DNA of 64,000 bases from IMG/VR virus record IMGVR_UViG_2609460060_000003, positions 31,136 to 95,135 of that record. The stretch is one strand, 5' to 3'. The notes beneath the pieces are model-generated. The model was given only the letters and a program-made list of their open reading frames with translations. It did not search any database and was not told where the DNA came from. Source of the stretch: a virus. Taxonomy: Duplodnaviria > Heunggongvirae > Uroviricota > Caudoviricetes. Both the position numbers and the translations under genes were made by a program. The stretch's first letter is position 1. Each line of letters starts with the position of its first letter. Of this stretch, positions 31,456-41,755 are shown piece by piece.

Positions 31456-32153
31456 AGATTGCTTTAGTTTTTCGCTCTGGTGGTGACTATAACGCTTCCG
31501 ATGTGCAGTGGCTGGTTAATCAACTGCCAAAAGACTATGAAATTATTTGCCTGACAGACCTGAAGTGTTTACATGTACCTGGCGTCAAAGTTATCCCATT
31601 GATCAACCAGTGGCAAAAGTGCCGTGGCTGGTGGGCGAAAATCGAGTTGTTCCGACCGGATATAACCGATGATCTGTTCTATCTGGATTTGGACACGGTT
31701 ATTGCCGGTGATATACGCCCAATCCTAGAGCATCCACCAACCAGCTTCACCATGCTTAGGGATTTTTACCATCCACAATATCGTGGCAGCGGTGCCCTGT
31801 GGATACCAAATAGTGTTAAAGCGCATATCTGGAGTTCATTCTGGCAAGATCCGGAAGGTTGGATTTCTCGTTGTGTCACTACTGAGTGCTGGGGTGACCA
31901 GGGGTTCTTACGAAAGGTTATGGGCGATGATACACCAGCATTTCAGGATCTGTATCCAGGATGGTTTGTAAGTTACAAGGCCGATGTTGTGGAACCTGGT
32001 TCAAAATATGCGAGCGCGCGTTACTCCAGGGGGAATGGGGCATTACCAAAAGACTGCCGAATAATCTTTTTCCACGGCAAACCGCGACCTCGCGAAGTGT
32101 CAGAGGATTGGCTTCCCCTTATCAGCTCATTTTTTGAGCGAGAATCAGAATAA
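31452..32153 (+). CDS. putative glycosyltransferase-like protein (DxD-type)
   Basis: 233 aa; YLDLDTVI resembles a DxD motif; translationally coupled to the phosphatase gene. Confidence 0.35.
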
Positions 32154-32154
32154 T

Positions 32155-32220
32155 ATTGCTCTAATAATTCCATATTTTTAAAACGTGATGTACACTCATC
32201 ACGTTTTTTATTAGAGCAAT
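32155..32220. promoter_or_regulatory. pair of C1 operator-like sites flanking a hairpin
   Basis: ATTGCTCTAATAATTCC (32155-32171) and inverted ATTGCTCTAATAAAAAA (32204-32220) around AAAACGTGATG-tacact-CATCACGTTTT. Confidence 0.5.
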
Positions 32221-32454
32221 CTACAAGGTGCACTATGTGGCCATTCCGACGGAAATATCACTACTGGCTGATCGCCTTTGTTACGCCGACCGGCGGTATC
32301 AGGCATGTCATCACCAGGTATCGCAACAAGAGACTCACCTTAGCCAGAATTTTACAGGCTGCCATAGGTGAGGGACTGGATACAAATTGCGTAGTCCTTC
32401 CTCCTTCATACTTAGGAAAAATGACCGAAGCACAAGCTAATACGGAACTTTGAA

Positions 32455-33717
32455 ATGAGCACTTCAGCACAAAACCAATCAATCGAAAATGTATGTATCC
32501 CTGATGTCCTGAATGCCGGTATCCCGGCCATTATCCAGAACATCCGGGCCGCGCAACGCCGCGTTAGTTGTGATGACCTCACAGCACGTTTTTTTGATAA
32601 TGCGGTTCAGTCAGCGGAGATGCTTCACGCACAGCTTATTGATGTTTATAACGCAGAAGCTGATAGCCATAACTCCCTGGTAGATGCAGCTGAAAATATG
32701 CAGTTGGATCTCGGTCTGAAGGGTAAAGAAATTGAAGAGCTTCAGCTGGAAATTGAACATTTGAAACGCCAGCAACAGGACGCGATCGACGATGCGACGC
32801 ATGACGCCAACCAGCGTGCTGATAATGCCGAACGTATAAGCATTGAGCTGGAAACAAAACTCAATGAAATGACCGCGATGGTTGAACTGCGGAACTCACA
32901 GATTTCAACGCTAAAATCTCAATATAAAGAGATCATGAAACTTGATCCTTTTAACCTTGAGAAACGCTATAACAAAGCTAAAAGCGAGCGACAGGAACTG
33001 CGTAAGCAGGTCGCCGACCTTAACCAACAGCTCAAAAAAACTATTAAAGATGCAAGCGAGGCGCGCGTGGCATTTGCTAATAAAAAAGCAGAGGTTACCG
33101 CGCTGGTTAATGAGAATGCCAAATTTGCGACGCTCAAGAAGGAAATGTATGGCATTACTGAGCGCCGTTTCCCTGCAAGCAAACTTCATCCGACGTTAGG
33201 GCAAATCTCCTTCTTCCCGCGCCTCCTGGCTTATGGGATCTCATCGCCTAAAGAGTTCAATAACGAGCGTCCTTATATCGTTTCTAAGCTGGACTTTGCT
33301 TATCAGTTCTGCTGCGACATGGGCTATGCCATTGATATCCGAATCAACGAATGGTTGATGCCAAACTTCCAGCCGTTGGCAATTTTCCGCGAGTTCCAGC
33401 CGGAAGGTTGGGTAGAGTTCTTCCATGAATTGATCTGTAAAGAGATGGAAAGCCGTCGCCCGGAATTGGTCCGTCGAGTTGAGTGGGCGCAAGAGGTTAT
33501 GTTGGCAGATGCAGAGCTGCCGTTCGAACCGGAATTCATTGATGATCTGGCAACTAAAGGGCTGCATACCCTGTTTGATGTGGTTACCCGCCGTCATGAG
33601 CAGTTGGTTGTCGAATTGGGTTTAGAGGAAACTGCGGCAAGAAGACTTCTCGATGTTTGCTATGCACGTAGCGATGCATGGGAAAAAGAGAACGGCGGCA
33701 CTATTTACGTTCGCTGA
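32455..33717 (+). CDS. coiled-coil protein with C-terminal globular domain
   Basis: 420-aa ORF; heptad-rich central region. Confidence 0.45.
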   Translation: MSTSAQNQSIENVCIPDVLNAGIPAIIQNIRAAQRRVSCDDLTARFFDNAVQSAEMLHAQLIDVYNAEADSHNSLVDAAENMQLDLGLKGKEIEELQLEIEHLKRQQQDAIDDATHDANQRADNAERISIELETKLNEMTAMVELRNSQISTLKSQYKEIMKLDPFNLEKRYNKAKSERQELRKQVADLNQQLKKTIKDASEARVAFANKKAEVTALVNENAKFATLKKEMYGITERRFPASKLHPTLGQISFFPRLLAYGISSPKEFNNERPYIVSKLDFAYQFCCDMGYAIDIRINEWLMPNFQPLAIFREFQPEGWVEFFHELICKEMESRRPELVRRVEWAQEVMLADAELPFEPEFIDDLATKGLHTLFDVVTRRHEQLVVELGLEETAARRLLDVCYARSDAWEKENGGTIYVR

Positions 33718-33789
33718 TAGTTACAGTGTCACTTTTAATGCTGGTGGAGTGCTCCCACCAGCATTTTTTTCGTCCAATGAGGAGGGCAT

Positions 33790-34296
33790 TTGAGTATTTT
33801 CAATAAACACGCACACCAGGAACGTCCGTACATCGTCATAGTAGATATTGATGGGACGATATCAGAGGCAACGGAAGACAGGCTGCATTTACTTCCACCA
33901 CCTGGCAAAGGTGCATTAACAGAGCACTGGAACGAGTTTAACCTTGCCTGTGACACTGATGCTCCCATCACTCCAGTTATTGATATGGTGCGCCAGTTGT
34001 CCGGCATTTACACCCTCTGGTTTGTAACCGGGCGCTGTGAGATAGCCAGGGATAAAACACGAGCCTGGTTGCGTAAGCACGTAACAAATGGGGCGGAGCC
34101 TTTGCTATCTATGCGTCCTGCCACCGATGACAGAAATGACGGTCCAGCAAAGATTGATCTCCTGAAGAAAATTGGTCTAAGTAAAATTGCGTTCGCGCTG
34201 GAAGATAAGATTGAAGTGGCGCGTGTTTTCAGGAGTCACGGCGTACTTACGTTAATGGTCAGGGAGTATGAAAACGCGCTTCTCCATCAACAATAA
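33790..34296 (+). CDS. HAD-superfamily phosphatase-like protein
   Basis: IVIVDIDGTISE matches HAD motif I (DxDGT); TTG start after GGAGGG. Confidence 0.45.
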   Translation: MSIFNKHAHQERPYIVIVDIDGTISEATEDRLHLLPPPGKGALTEHWNEFNLACDTDAPITPVIDMVRQLSGIYTLWFVTGRCEIARDKTRAWLRKHVTNGAEPLLSMRPATDDRNDGPAKIDLLKKIGLSKIAFALEDKIEVARVFRSHGVLTLMVREYENALLHQQ

Positions 34297-34312
34297 TTGC
34301 TCTAATAAATCT
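34296..34312 (+). promoter_or_regulatory. C1 operator-like site
   Basis: ATTGCTCTAATAAATCT, 16/17 to consensus. Confidence 0.55.
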
Positions 34313-34394
34313 TGATTTTTAAAACAGAGAAAGTGAAAATAAAAACATGCCGTAAGGCGCGGCATGTATCCAATCAATCACAGGAGCTGAAAAT

Positions 34395-34481
34395 ATGAAC
34401 ACGGCATTCAAAATCATTATGGCCGCGATCTATTTCTGGCTGTTCTCTATCACTTTTGGCGGCATCGTCGCGCATGGGTAA
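34395..34481 (+). CDS. 28-codon hydrophobic mini-ORF
   Basis: AGGAG 8 nt upstream of ATG; product MNTAFKIIMAAIYFWLFSITFGGIVAHG; just downstream of a C1 operator. Confidence 0.35.
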   Translation: MNTAFKIIMAAIYFWLFSITFGGIVAHG

Positions 34482-34490
34482 GGGGGATGC

Positions 34491-35216
34491 ATGAAAGGCG
34501 AAGTGAAAGAGCGCGGCATGATTTTCAACGATGAGATGGTCCGAGCCATCCTCGAAGGAAGGAAAACGCAGACGCGGCGGATAATGAAAAATCAGCCTGC
34601 GGAAGTTGGTCCAGAAGCACCAGTGATGGTTAGGGAAATTGGTGCAGGTTTTCAGTGGTACGGGGCTGATGGTGTAAGCAGTGTTTTCAATTGCCCCTTT
34701 GGTATCGTCGGCGATCGAATTTGGGTTCGTGAAACATGGGCGATATTAGGCAATGAAGATGGTTGCAGTGTGGACTGGAACGACAACCTTTGTCGTGGCG
34801 ATGAGAAGAACGCAGCAAGGATTTATCGGGCCAGTTGTGAGCAAAAGCCTGGTGATTACGGTTTATGGTCGATACCCGATGATGCCGACTGGAAACCTCA
34901 CACTGTGAATGAAAAGTTTGATGGTGGGTGGCGTCCATCAATTCACATGCCGCGATGGGCATCACGCATCCTGTTGGAAATTACCAACGTGCGCGTTGAG
35001 CGGTTGAACGATATCAGCGAATGCGATGCAAGGGATGAGGGCGTTCCGCCTGCTGGAAGTTTGCTTCCTGATCACCCGGGAACATTCCTTACTCCCAAGG
35101 GGGATTTCGCAATGGCCAAGGTTGCGTTCCAGCGCCTGTGGGAATCCATCTACGGCGAAGAAAGCTGGAGTGCTAATCCCTGGGTTTGGGTAATCGAGTT
35201 TGAGCGTATTCAGTAG
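34491..35216 (+). CDS. prophage-type conserved protein
   Basis: 241 aa; N-terminal FNDEMVRAILEGRKTQTRR recurs in enterobacterial prophage proteins. Confidence 0.45.
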   Translation: MKGEVKERGMIFNDEMVRAILEGRKTQTRRIMKNQPAEVGPEAPVMVREIGAGFQWYGADGVSSVFNCPFGIVGDRIWVRETWAILGNEDGCSVDWNDNLCRGDEKNAARIYRASCEQKPGDYGLWSIPDDADWKPHTVNEKFDGGWRPSIHMPRWASRILLEITNVRVERLNDISECDARDEGVPPAGSLLPDHPGTFLTPKGDFAMAKVAFQRLWESIYGEESWSANPWVWVIEFERIQ

Positions 35217-35225
35217 GGCGAGCGT

Positions 35226-35447
35226 ATGCAATCAGTTATTTGTGAGGAAGTCGGCCTGAATAAAGCATCCCCAGCAGAGTTAAGAGCAAGTCTCGAAATG
35301 GCGCATAGCCTTGCTCAAATTGGTGTCAGGTTTGTACCAATTCCAGTTGAAACAGATGAAGAATTTCACAGGTTAGCGGCATCGGCAGCACAAAAGCTGG
35401 AAATCATGGCAGCGAAAGTAGAGAAAGCTGAAGGAGCGACAAAATGA
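35226..35447 (+). CDS. hypothetical small protein
   Basis: 73-aa ORF, tight operon spacing. Confidence 0.35.
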   Translation: MQSVICEEVGLNKASPAELRASLEMAHSLAQIGVRFVPIPVETDEEFHRLAASAAQKLEIMAAKVEKAEGATK

Positions 35448-35659
35448 GCAAGCCAACCGACGAAGAAATAGTTCGGGTGTTGGAAGAACACGGGCGCTGT
35501 ATGACTTACGTCGTGACCAACTGGCTTAGGGATAAATATCGCACACTCAAAACGGCATACGTTTTGCGTCGTCTAAAGAAACTGGAGTTCGACGGGAAAG
35601 TAAAGCGCGTTAACAGTTCTTATATAAGACAAATTTGCTGGGAGGCATCCAGTGAGTAA
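35444..35659 (+). CDS. small winged-helix-like protein
   Basis: 71 aa, overlapping start/stop with neighbours. Confidence 0.35.
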   Translation: MSKPTDEEIVRVLEEHGRCMTYVVTNWLRDKYRTLKTAYVLRRLKKLEFDGKVKRVNSSYIRQICWEASSE

Positions 35660-36296
35660 CCGTTTTTACATGATGTGCTTGCGTGAAACTGTGGGTAATA
35701 ACGCCTCATTCCATTGCCATAACGGCAATGGTTACAGTTCTGATATCGATCGCGCTCATGTTTACACGCTGGAAGAAGCCCAAAAAGCCTGGAATTGTGG
35801 GCGAGATATCGATCAGCCTGTTTGTGCCGATAGTGTGGATGCAATGGCTGTGTGGCACGTTGATTGCCAGTACATCCCTACAGAAAGCCTGATTGAGTCA
35901 GATTGCACTGCGTATGTGGCCTACAAAAAAGGTAGCTGGAACGGCAACGATGTTTACTGGCTTCAACACGGTGGATTGCCAACAGATGACTTCAGTAAAG
36001 CGACCATCTTTAGCGTCGCCAACAAAAACGAACCAGGAATAGTTTGGTTGCCATTTTCCATTGCTGATGCAGCAAAGCGCCGGACGTTCAATATCAATAA
36101 ATTTAACCGCAGAACAATGGTTCAGGGCGCAGGTTTGGTCATGCCTGACTGGTTGGAAGAGCAGAACAGAAGAAAGAAGTCGCGAAGCGGGAAGGTGCGT
36201 TGGAATTGTCCGCATTGCGGAAAAATAACCTGGCAGTACAACCCATATGATTTTGAAGGCTGTAGTGATTACAACTGTGAAGGATGGCGAGAATGA
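35652..36296 (+). CDS. hypothetical protein with C-terminal zinc ribbon
   Basis: 214 aa; CPHCGK...CEGW cysteine pairs. Confidence 0.4.
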   Translation: MSNRFYMMCLRETVGNNASFHCHNGNGYSSDIDRAHVYTLEEAQKAWNCGRDIDQPVCADSVDAMAVWHVDCQYIPTESLIESDCTAYVAYKKGSWNGNDVYWLQHGGLPTDDFSKATIFSVANKNEPGIVWLPFSIADAAKRRTFNINKFNRRTMVQGAGLVMPDWLEEQNRRKKSRSGKVRWNCPHCGKITWQYNPYDFEGCSDYNCEGWRE

Positions 36297-37060
36297 CAAT
36301 TAACTATCAGGTACTGCGTGAGGCGGCAGAAAAGGCAACACCAGACGAATGGGTCGCATTTATTTCGACGGATACTGGTACTTATGCGGTGCACACGCCC
36401 GGTGATGAACGATGTGAAGACGTTATCAAATGGACCGGCTTTGATGGACAGAAAAATGCAGAGAACAACGCTCGTCATGTTGCCGCGTTCAACCCAAAGG
36501 TTGCACTGGAGCTGCTTGGTGAAATTAAGTGCCTGGAGGACACAAATATTGATGCTATGTGTCGAATTGCAGAGCTTGAGACTAATCTCGCGGCGCTGGT
36601 GGCGGAGAATGCGGGGCTTAAGGCCTTCAAAACCGCCGTTTATCAGCAGATGGGCGTCGGATGTGATGCTCCTGAATTCTCCATTACGGTAGGTTTGAGT
36701 AACTTACGTCGTTTTGCTGACACACTCCACGCCATTGAGCGTGAGTTCTTTACCAAAGAGCTACCTGATGAAGAGCACGAAGGCGAAACATTCAATGAAT
36801 GTCCACTTAGCTGGGGAATGAGCGTCGAACAGTACGTTTCCGAGTTTCGCAAATGCCTGGCTGAAGTGCGGGCGCAGGGATTGGATGCTGCTATAGAAGC
36901 TGCAAAAAATCTGGTGGCCCAAGAATATGAGTATAAGGATTTCAAAGCGGCGCAGAGTGATTGCTGTATGCACCCTGGTTCAGATCTGGTAGGGAAGGTT
37001 GAAATGACTGAGTGGTTAGTTGACTTTGCTGCCCAGCTTCGCAAAGGAGGCAACCAGTGA
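36284..37060 (+). CDS. Ead/Ea22-like protein
   Basis: N-terminal INYQVLREAAEKATPDEW as in lambdoid Ea22-like proteins. Confidence 0.45.
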   Translation: MARMTINYQVLREAAEKATPDEWVAFISTDTGTYAVHTPGDERCEDVIKWTGFDGQKNAENNARHVAAFNPKVALELLGEIKCLEDTNIDAMCRIAELETNLAALVAENAGLKAFKTAVYQQMGVGCDAPEFSITVGLSNLRRFADTLHAIEREFFTKELPDEEHEGETFNECPLSWGMSVEQYVSEFRKCLAEVRAQGLDAAIEAAKNLVAQEYEYKDFKAAQSDCCMHPGSDLVGKVEMTEWLVDFAAQLRKGGNQ

Positions 37061-37545
37061 GCGAAATTAATTACCAGGCACTGCGTGAGGCGGCGGAACG
37101 TGCAATTCCAGCAATGGAACGCCTGTTAATGTTGCCAGCTGATGATGATTTGTTAAGTGAACAGGAACTTAAAGATTACGGTGTGGATATTGATGCGCTC
37201 AACGCCTTCAAATTTCTGGCCGGACCAGAAACCGTGCTGGCACTACTGGATGAACGGGAAAGGAACCAGCAATACATCAAATCCCGCGACCAGGAGAACG
37301 AGGAAATTGCGCTAACGGTAGGGAAGCTGCGCGTTGAGCTTGAGGCAGAAAAACAGCGGGCAAAGGATCTGTTTATGGAAAATGCTCGGCTTAAGTCAGG
37401 TATAGCCGGTCTGATACACCTCGGTATTCGATATGCAGATGTTGATGTCATGAAAATTGCTGGAGATGCCCAGCTTTCTACCCCATGCACTGACAGCATC
37501 ATAAACAGCATTGCAACAGGCATTCGCATCAACGGAGGTGAGTAG
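37057..37545 (+). CDS. Ead/Ea22-like protein, paralog
   Basis: N-terminal INYQALREAAERAIP parallels the preceding gene. Confidence 0.45.
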   Translation: MSEINYQALREAAERAIPAMERLLMLPADDDLLSEQELKDYGVDIDALNAFKFLAGPETVLALLDERERNQQYIKSRDQENEEIALTVGKLRVELEAEKQRAKDLFMENARLKSGIAGLIHLGIRYADVDVMKIAGDAQLSTPCTDSIINSIATGIRINGGE

Positions 37546-38113
37546 TGCGTGTGGCATGTATTGGCTTGTTACCGTACCCGACTCGTTTTTGGGCTTCTGC
37601 GCTAATTGCAAAGCCGTATGTCCTGATGGCTGACAACATCATCCCGGCACCAAAGCGCCGCCATACCGGTATTGCAGCGGCACGACGAGCAGCAAAGAGA
37701 CGCAGGAGAGCAAAGCGATGAAAAACCGTAAGGCAAAGATTCTGTTAGTTCGTAGAAACGCTCCTGGCGTCTGGCAGTGGGTGAGACTCAGCAACCGACG
37801 GATGGGGTTGATGAAATATTACGGGATGATGGATTGTGGTTTTTGCAAAAAGCCCAGCGCGGCGCAAAACCGCTGGAAAAAACACTTGCGCACTAAAGGA
37901 GAGTGATATGGCTATTGCCGCAAGTTACACAATGCATCTCTATTGTGACTGCCGCCAGTGTACGGAAGGTGTATATCCAGTGCCAGACTTCGGTGAGTAT
38001 ATAGGTACGTCATGGGCTGGCTGTGCAAAAGAGGCGCGCAAGGATGGCTGGCGAATAAGCAAAGACAAAACGCGTGCTTTTGCGCCCGGGCATAAAGTTT
38101 TGAGGATTAACAA

Positions 38114-38656
38114 ATGATCACTATTACCAAAGAGCGACTGCTGACAATCAAGCAGTGGCGCGAAACATACGGACCTGGTAGCAACGTTGTACTGCCAGCA
38201 GAAGAAGCGGAAGAACTGGCACGAATTGCACTGGCATCGCTGGAAGCAGAGCCTGTAAGCCAAACTTACAACTTGCCAGAATTAATCGAAGGCATGGAAG
38301 TTTCCATTGATGTAAGCACTTGTGATGCTGATTTAGGTAATCGCTATTTCGGCACCGTCACCGAGGCGTTAGAACTTGATACTGCCAAGAATGGTTACAT
38401 CCTCCTGGTTCAGGACGCAGAGCCAAACTTCGATGTAAATGGCAACTCTCCGGTAACTCCGGATAGTTGGATAAGCTGTAGTGAGCGAATGCCCGCTCAA
38501 GATGATTGGATTTTAATTTATTCAAAGCACGGCGAGTATATGGCAGGCCAGGTGCAAGGGGAATACGTGGAGTTGAGCGACGGCACTTTATCGTGGTTAG
38601 GGAACGCCTTGTTCTGGATGCCGCTACCAGAACCGCCGCAGGAGGTGAATCAATGA
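38114..38656 (+). CDS. prophage-type protein (DUF551-like C-terminus)
   Basis: 180-aa ORF; C-terminal W/P-rich segment. Confidence 0.35.
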   Translation: MITITKERLLTIKQWRETYGPGSNVVLPAEEAEELARIALASLEAEPVSQTYNLPELIEGMEVSIDVSTCDADLGNRYFGTVTEALELDTAKNGYILLVQDAEPNFDVNGNSPVTPDSWISCSERMPAQDDWILIYSKHGEYMAGQVQGEYVELSDGTLSWLGNALFWMPLPEPPQEVNQ

Positions 38657-39450
38657 GCTGGCCTGAAGCATTCACCACGGTAGGAATTGTGATGGCGGCA
38701 GCACTGGGTTTGTATTCAATTTGTCGCTGGTGGTAACGATGGGAAAAATAACTTTTGTAGTCGAATTTGAGGATGGCAAAGAGCCACCTGTTAGCGCCAA
38801 TCTTGATGTTGCTGGTGGCAGGCTTGTTTCGGTTCTATTTGGTGACTACCGAGATGACTTCTTCCAACCAGAAGAAGTTGATGTAGTGCGAGAGGCATTA
38901 AACGAGTTAAGTGTTGATAACGATGATGCTCATGCGGAAATCATCCAAAAAATGGAACTGCTAACTCACTAAATTATCAATTATGGTGCTATCACCTACG
39001 ACACCGAGAGAAAATTTATAATGTCAAAAGTAAATGTTTTGATTTTTTCAGCAATTGTTGGCTTTGGTTTTACTGCCGGAGTGCAGATTTATATTACGTG
39101 GGAAAAAATCATCAACTACGCATGGAGTTGTTTTATTAAGTGAGGTAAGTATGTGGAGAGGTAATAGTCATGGCAAAAGCCAGATGATACTTACCGAATA
39201 TCAGTTTGACCATAAAACCAATAAATCACGTTCAGTATATTTGCTTCGGCACAATAGCCGCGTAAGGAATACCGTGCTGGAGCAAAATCTGACTGTTGAA
39301 ATAGATAATTACGGGAGCTTCAAGCCAACAATTTCGCTTGATGATTTTCCTCGTGGTTTAAGCGAAAGAGAAGCAATGCTGAAATTAGCAGAATGGCTAC
39401 AAAGATTAAGCATTGCTATTGAAGATAACTGGTCTGAACCTTAAATTTAT

Positions 39451-39825
39451 ATGATGACACTAAAACATTTTCTTGACCGCCCATTATGGGCGGCAGCCGC
39501 AGGCTATGACTTTAATTATATGGATTGCATGTCTTATACCGCCAATGCATACGACTATTCCTTCAGTCTGCTGCTTAATTCTTTAAGAATATTGCCGCAA
39601 ACAGAAGTTGGAGAGCTTCATTTATGGCTATTGGGCTTTATCGCGGCTGGAGTTGGTATTGCTGTATGGCCTTTTATTTTCTGGCTGGTGGCTGTTGTAG
39701 TGTGGTTTAAGTGCAAGACGTACCGGAGAAAGTATTTCTTAGGTGATGGAATGACTGATATTGCCAAAATGAACATTGAAAAATGGACTAAGGAATGTGA
39801 AAAGAAATGGCGCAAAAAGAAATGA
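39451..39825 (+). CDS. membrane protein
   Basis: 124 aa with long hydrophobic segment LWLLGFIAAGVGIAVWPFIFWLVAVVVWF. Confidence 0.35.
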   Translation: MMTLKHFLDRPLWAAAAGYDFNYMDCMSYTANAYDYSFSLLLNSLRILPQTEVGELHLWLLGFIAAGVGIAVWPFIFWLVAVVVWFKCKTYRRKYFLGDGMTDIAKMNIEKWTKECEKKWRKKK

Positions 39826-40745
39826 CCAGAATCACTGAAGAGCGTATATCAGAGATTATTTCCCGTATCGAAATGTATGGTCACGGTGCTGGATATACGG
39901 CAGATGAAGTATTGGCACTTGCCCAAATGGCTTTGGCGGCTTGCAAAGATGATAAAAAAATGAAGTTTATCGACTTGTTAGTGAAGGAACTGCCTAAGTG
40001 CGGCGGGTGGCCTGATGGAATGAGTTATTGTTACCTACCCAGTGTCAATTTAATGGCACCATGCGCGACTTTTGCTTTTGGCTCAGACCACAAAAAAGAC
40101 ACTTTCTTTGGGCGCAATTTTTGTTGTGAGATTGAGCTTCCAATTGGTGACCTTGATAGCGATGAATACCAGTCAGTTGTCACTCGCGAACAATACGAAT
40201 CAGCTCTCATAGCGTCGCAGAAAGTCGAGTTCAATGGTGATGAACTTGAAAGTAAGACTTACAGGTTGGATTTTGGGCAATGGCTGGAACAGCAACGCGG
40301 GAAAATCGATGTGGACTGTGGTTGTGTGTCCACTGAAACATTCATGCACTGGCTGCGGGTAGCTTACGAGGCTGGCAACTATCCGGATATTCCGGATAGT
40401 TCGGTGCCAGCACCAGGAAAGGGCGTCACCGGTGAGCGTATCCGAATTAAGCCGCATGTTTATCGCGAACTGGTTAACCGTCTCCACGATACAGCGATCA
40501 AGTGTGCTGGCACCCAGCAATTACGAGAAAGAATTAGCCGTGTTTTGGGCGACGTTATTACACCAGATCATCATAAACAAGCCGAGAAAAGTGGCCTGGA
40601 AAGGTGTCACCTTGAGGCGGCATTAAACATTAAGCCGGGGCATACGCTTGGCATTATTGATGCACTATTGGTTCATAAGATGGCCAGGGCTTTATTGCCG
40701 CTGGTGGCTGAAAAGCATGAGGTGGACCATGCCAACGAAAGCTGA
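39807..40745 (+). CDS. hypothetical protein (312 aa)
   Basis: Long ORF, coding-like composition, no motif recognised. Confidence 0.4.
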   Translation: MAQKEMTRITEERISEIISRIEMYGHGAGYTADEVLALAQMALAACKDDKKMKFIDLLVKELPKCGGWPDGMSYCYLPSVNLMAPCATFAFGSDHKKDTFFGRNFCCEIELPIGDLDSDEYQSVVTREQYESALIASQKVEFNGDELESKTYRLDFGQWLEQQRGKIDVDCGCVSTETFMHWLRVAYEAGNYPDIPDSSVPAPGKGVTGERIRIKPHVYRELVNRLHDTAIKCAGTQQLRERISRVLGDVITPDHHKQAEKSGLERCHLEAALNIKPGHTLGIIDALLVHKMARALLPLVAEKHEVDHANES

Positions 40746-41013
40746 ATTACAGGTGCGCGTAGATGAGCTTGAAAAAGAGAACGCGAGCCTCAAAAAAATG
40801 CTGTCGCGGGCGGAAAGGGAATTATCAGGCAAATTATTGCCAGAAGAACTGCCACCAGCAGATATACCTGATCGAGTGTCCTGGTGGATGAAGTATTTCC
40901 GTGCACCGTGGGAGGCGTTTTGGTGCTACGACCATCGCAGATGGTGTGATGAACTTGATAGCAATTTTCCCTACTTTGCGGAAGGGAACACCTGCCCTCA
41001 ATGCAGGGGATAG
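40729..41013 (+). CDS. hypothetical protein with coiled-coil N-terminus
   Basis: ATG at 40729 after GAGGTGGA; C-terminal CPQC. Confidence 0.35.
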   Translation: MPTKAELQVRVDELEKENASLKKMLSRAERELSGKLLPEELPPADIPDRVSWWMKYFRAPWEAFWCYDHRRWCDELDSNFPYFAEGNTCPQCRG

Positions 41014-41380
41014 CATTTGACGAAATCGATCACCCTATCCTGAACTTCAGAAAGAAGGTCTTTTTCACGCGCCAGGACGTCAGGATATTGACGTTCTGGC
41101 CTTACCAGATGCCGGAGCTTCCCATTAAGCAGAATGGCCTCAGAAAACACTTTTACGCTGTGCTTTATCCCCTCTGTTTCACTTTTCAGCGTCAAAATAA
41201 AGCGCAATTGCTTATTAGCCTGATTCGGATTCAATACACGAATTTGCAGTTCGTCTATGCTGTTCCGCAATGGGATTGATGCCACCACACTGGTGCAGTC
41301 TCTGATTGTCTGAATTGAACGGCTAACATTGAGAACGTTATTGTGCATGTGCCTGATCCACTAACTCCTGGAGGTTTCTT

Positions 41381-41632
41381 GTGTCAGATCGAAATATAGC
41401 AGCTAAAAGCCAGGAAGAGCGAGACAAGGTGAACGTAGACCTTGCCGCCAGCGGCGTTGCTTACAAAGAACGGCTGAATATACCTGTGATTGCAGAGCAG
41501 GTGGCCCGTGAGCAACCGGAAAACCTGCGCGCCTATTTCATGGAACGGCTACGGCACTACCGGCAGTTAAGCCTCCAGTTGCCAAAAGGGAGCGATCCGG
41601 TGTATCAGAACGAGGATGCACCAAAAAAATAA
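41381..41632 (+). CDS. hot: DNA polymerase III theta-subunit homolog
   Basis: 83 aa; [43 protein letters not shown] closely parallels recalled E. coli HolE. Confidence 0.8.
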   Translation: MSDRNIAAKSQEERDKVNVDLAASGVAYKERLNIPVIAEQVAREQPENLRAYFMERLRHYRQLSLQLPKGSDPVYQNEDAPKK

Positions 41633-41717
41633 CGGCAAGATGGGGGAGAAATGTGATTAGCCCCCAGCGTGGCGCGCCTACAAACCCCGCTTTCACAAAC
41701 TATGCCTTTTCAATGTA

Positions 41718-41737
41718 TACTGTATGAATAAACAGTA
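41718..41737. promoter_or_regulatory. LexA (SOS) box upstream of humD
   Basis: TACTGTATGAATAAACAGTA, palindromic CTGT-N8-ACAG, 19 bp before the humD ATG. Confidence 0.7.
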
Positions 41738-41755
41738 TCATTGAGGTAAAACGCT

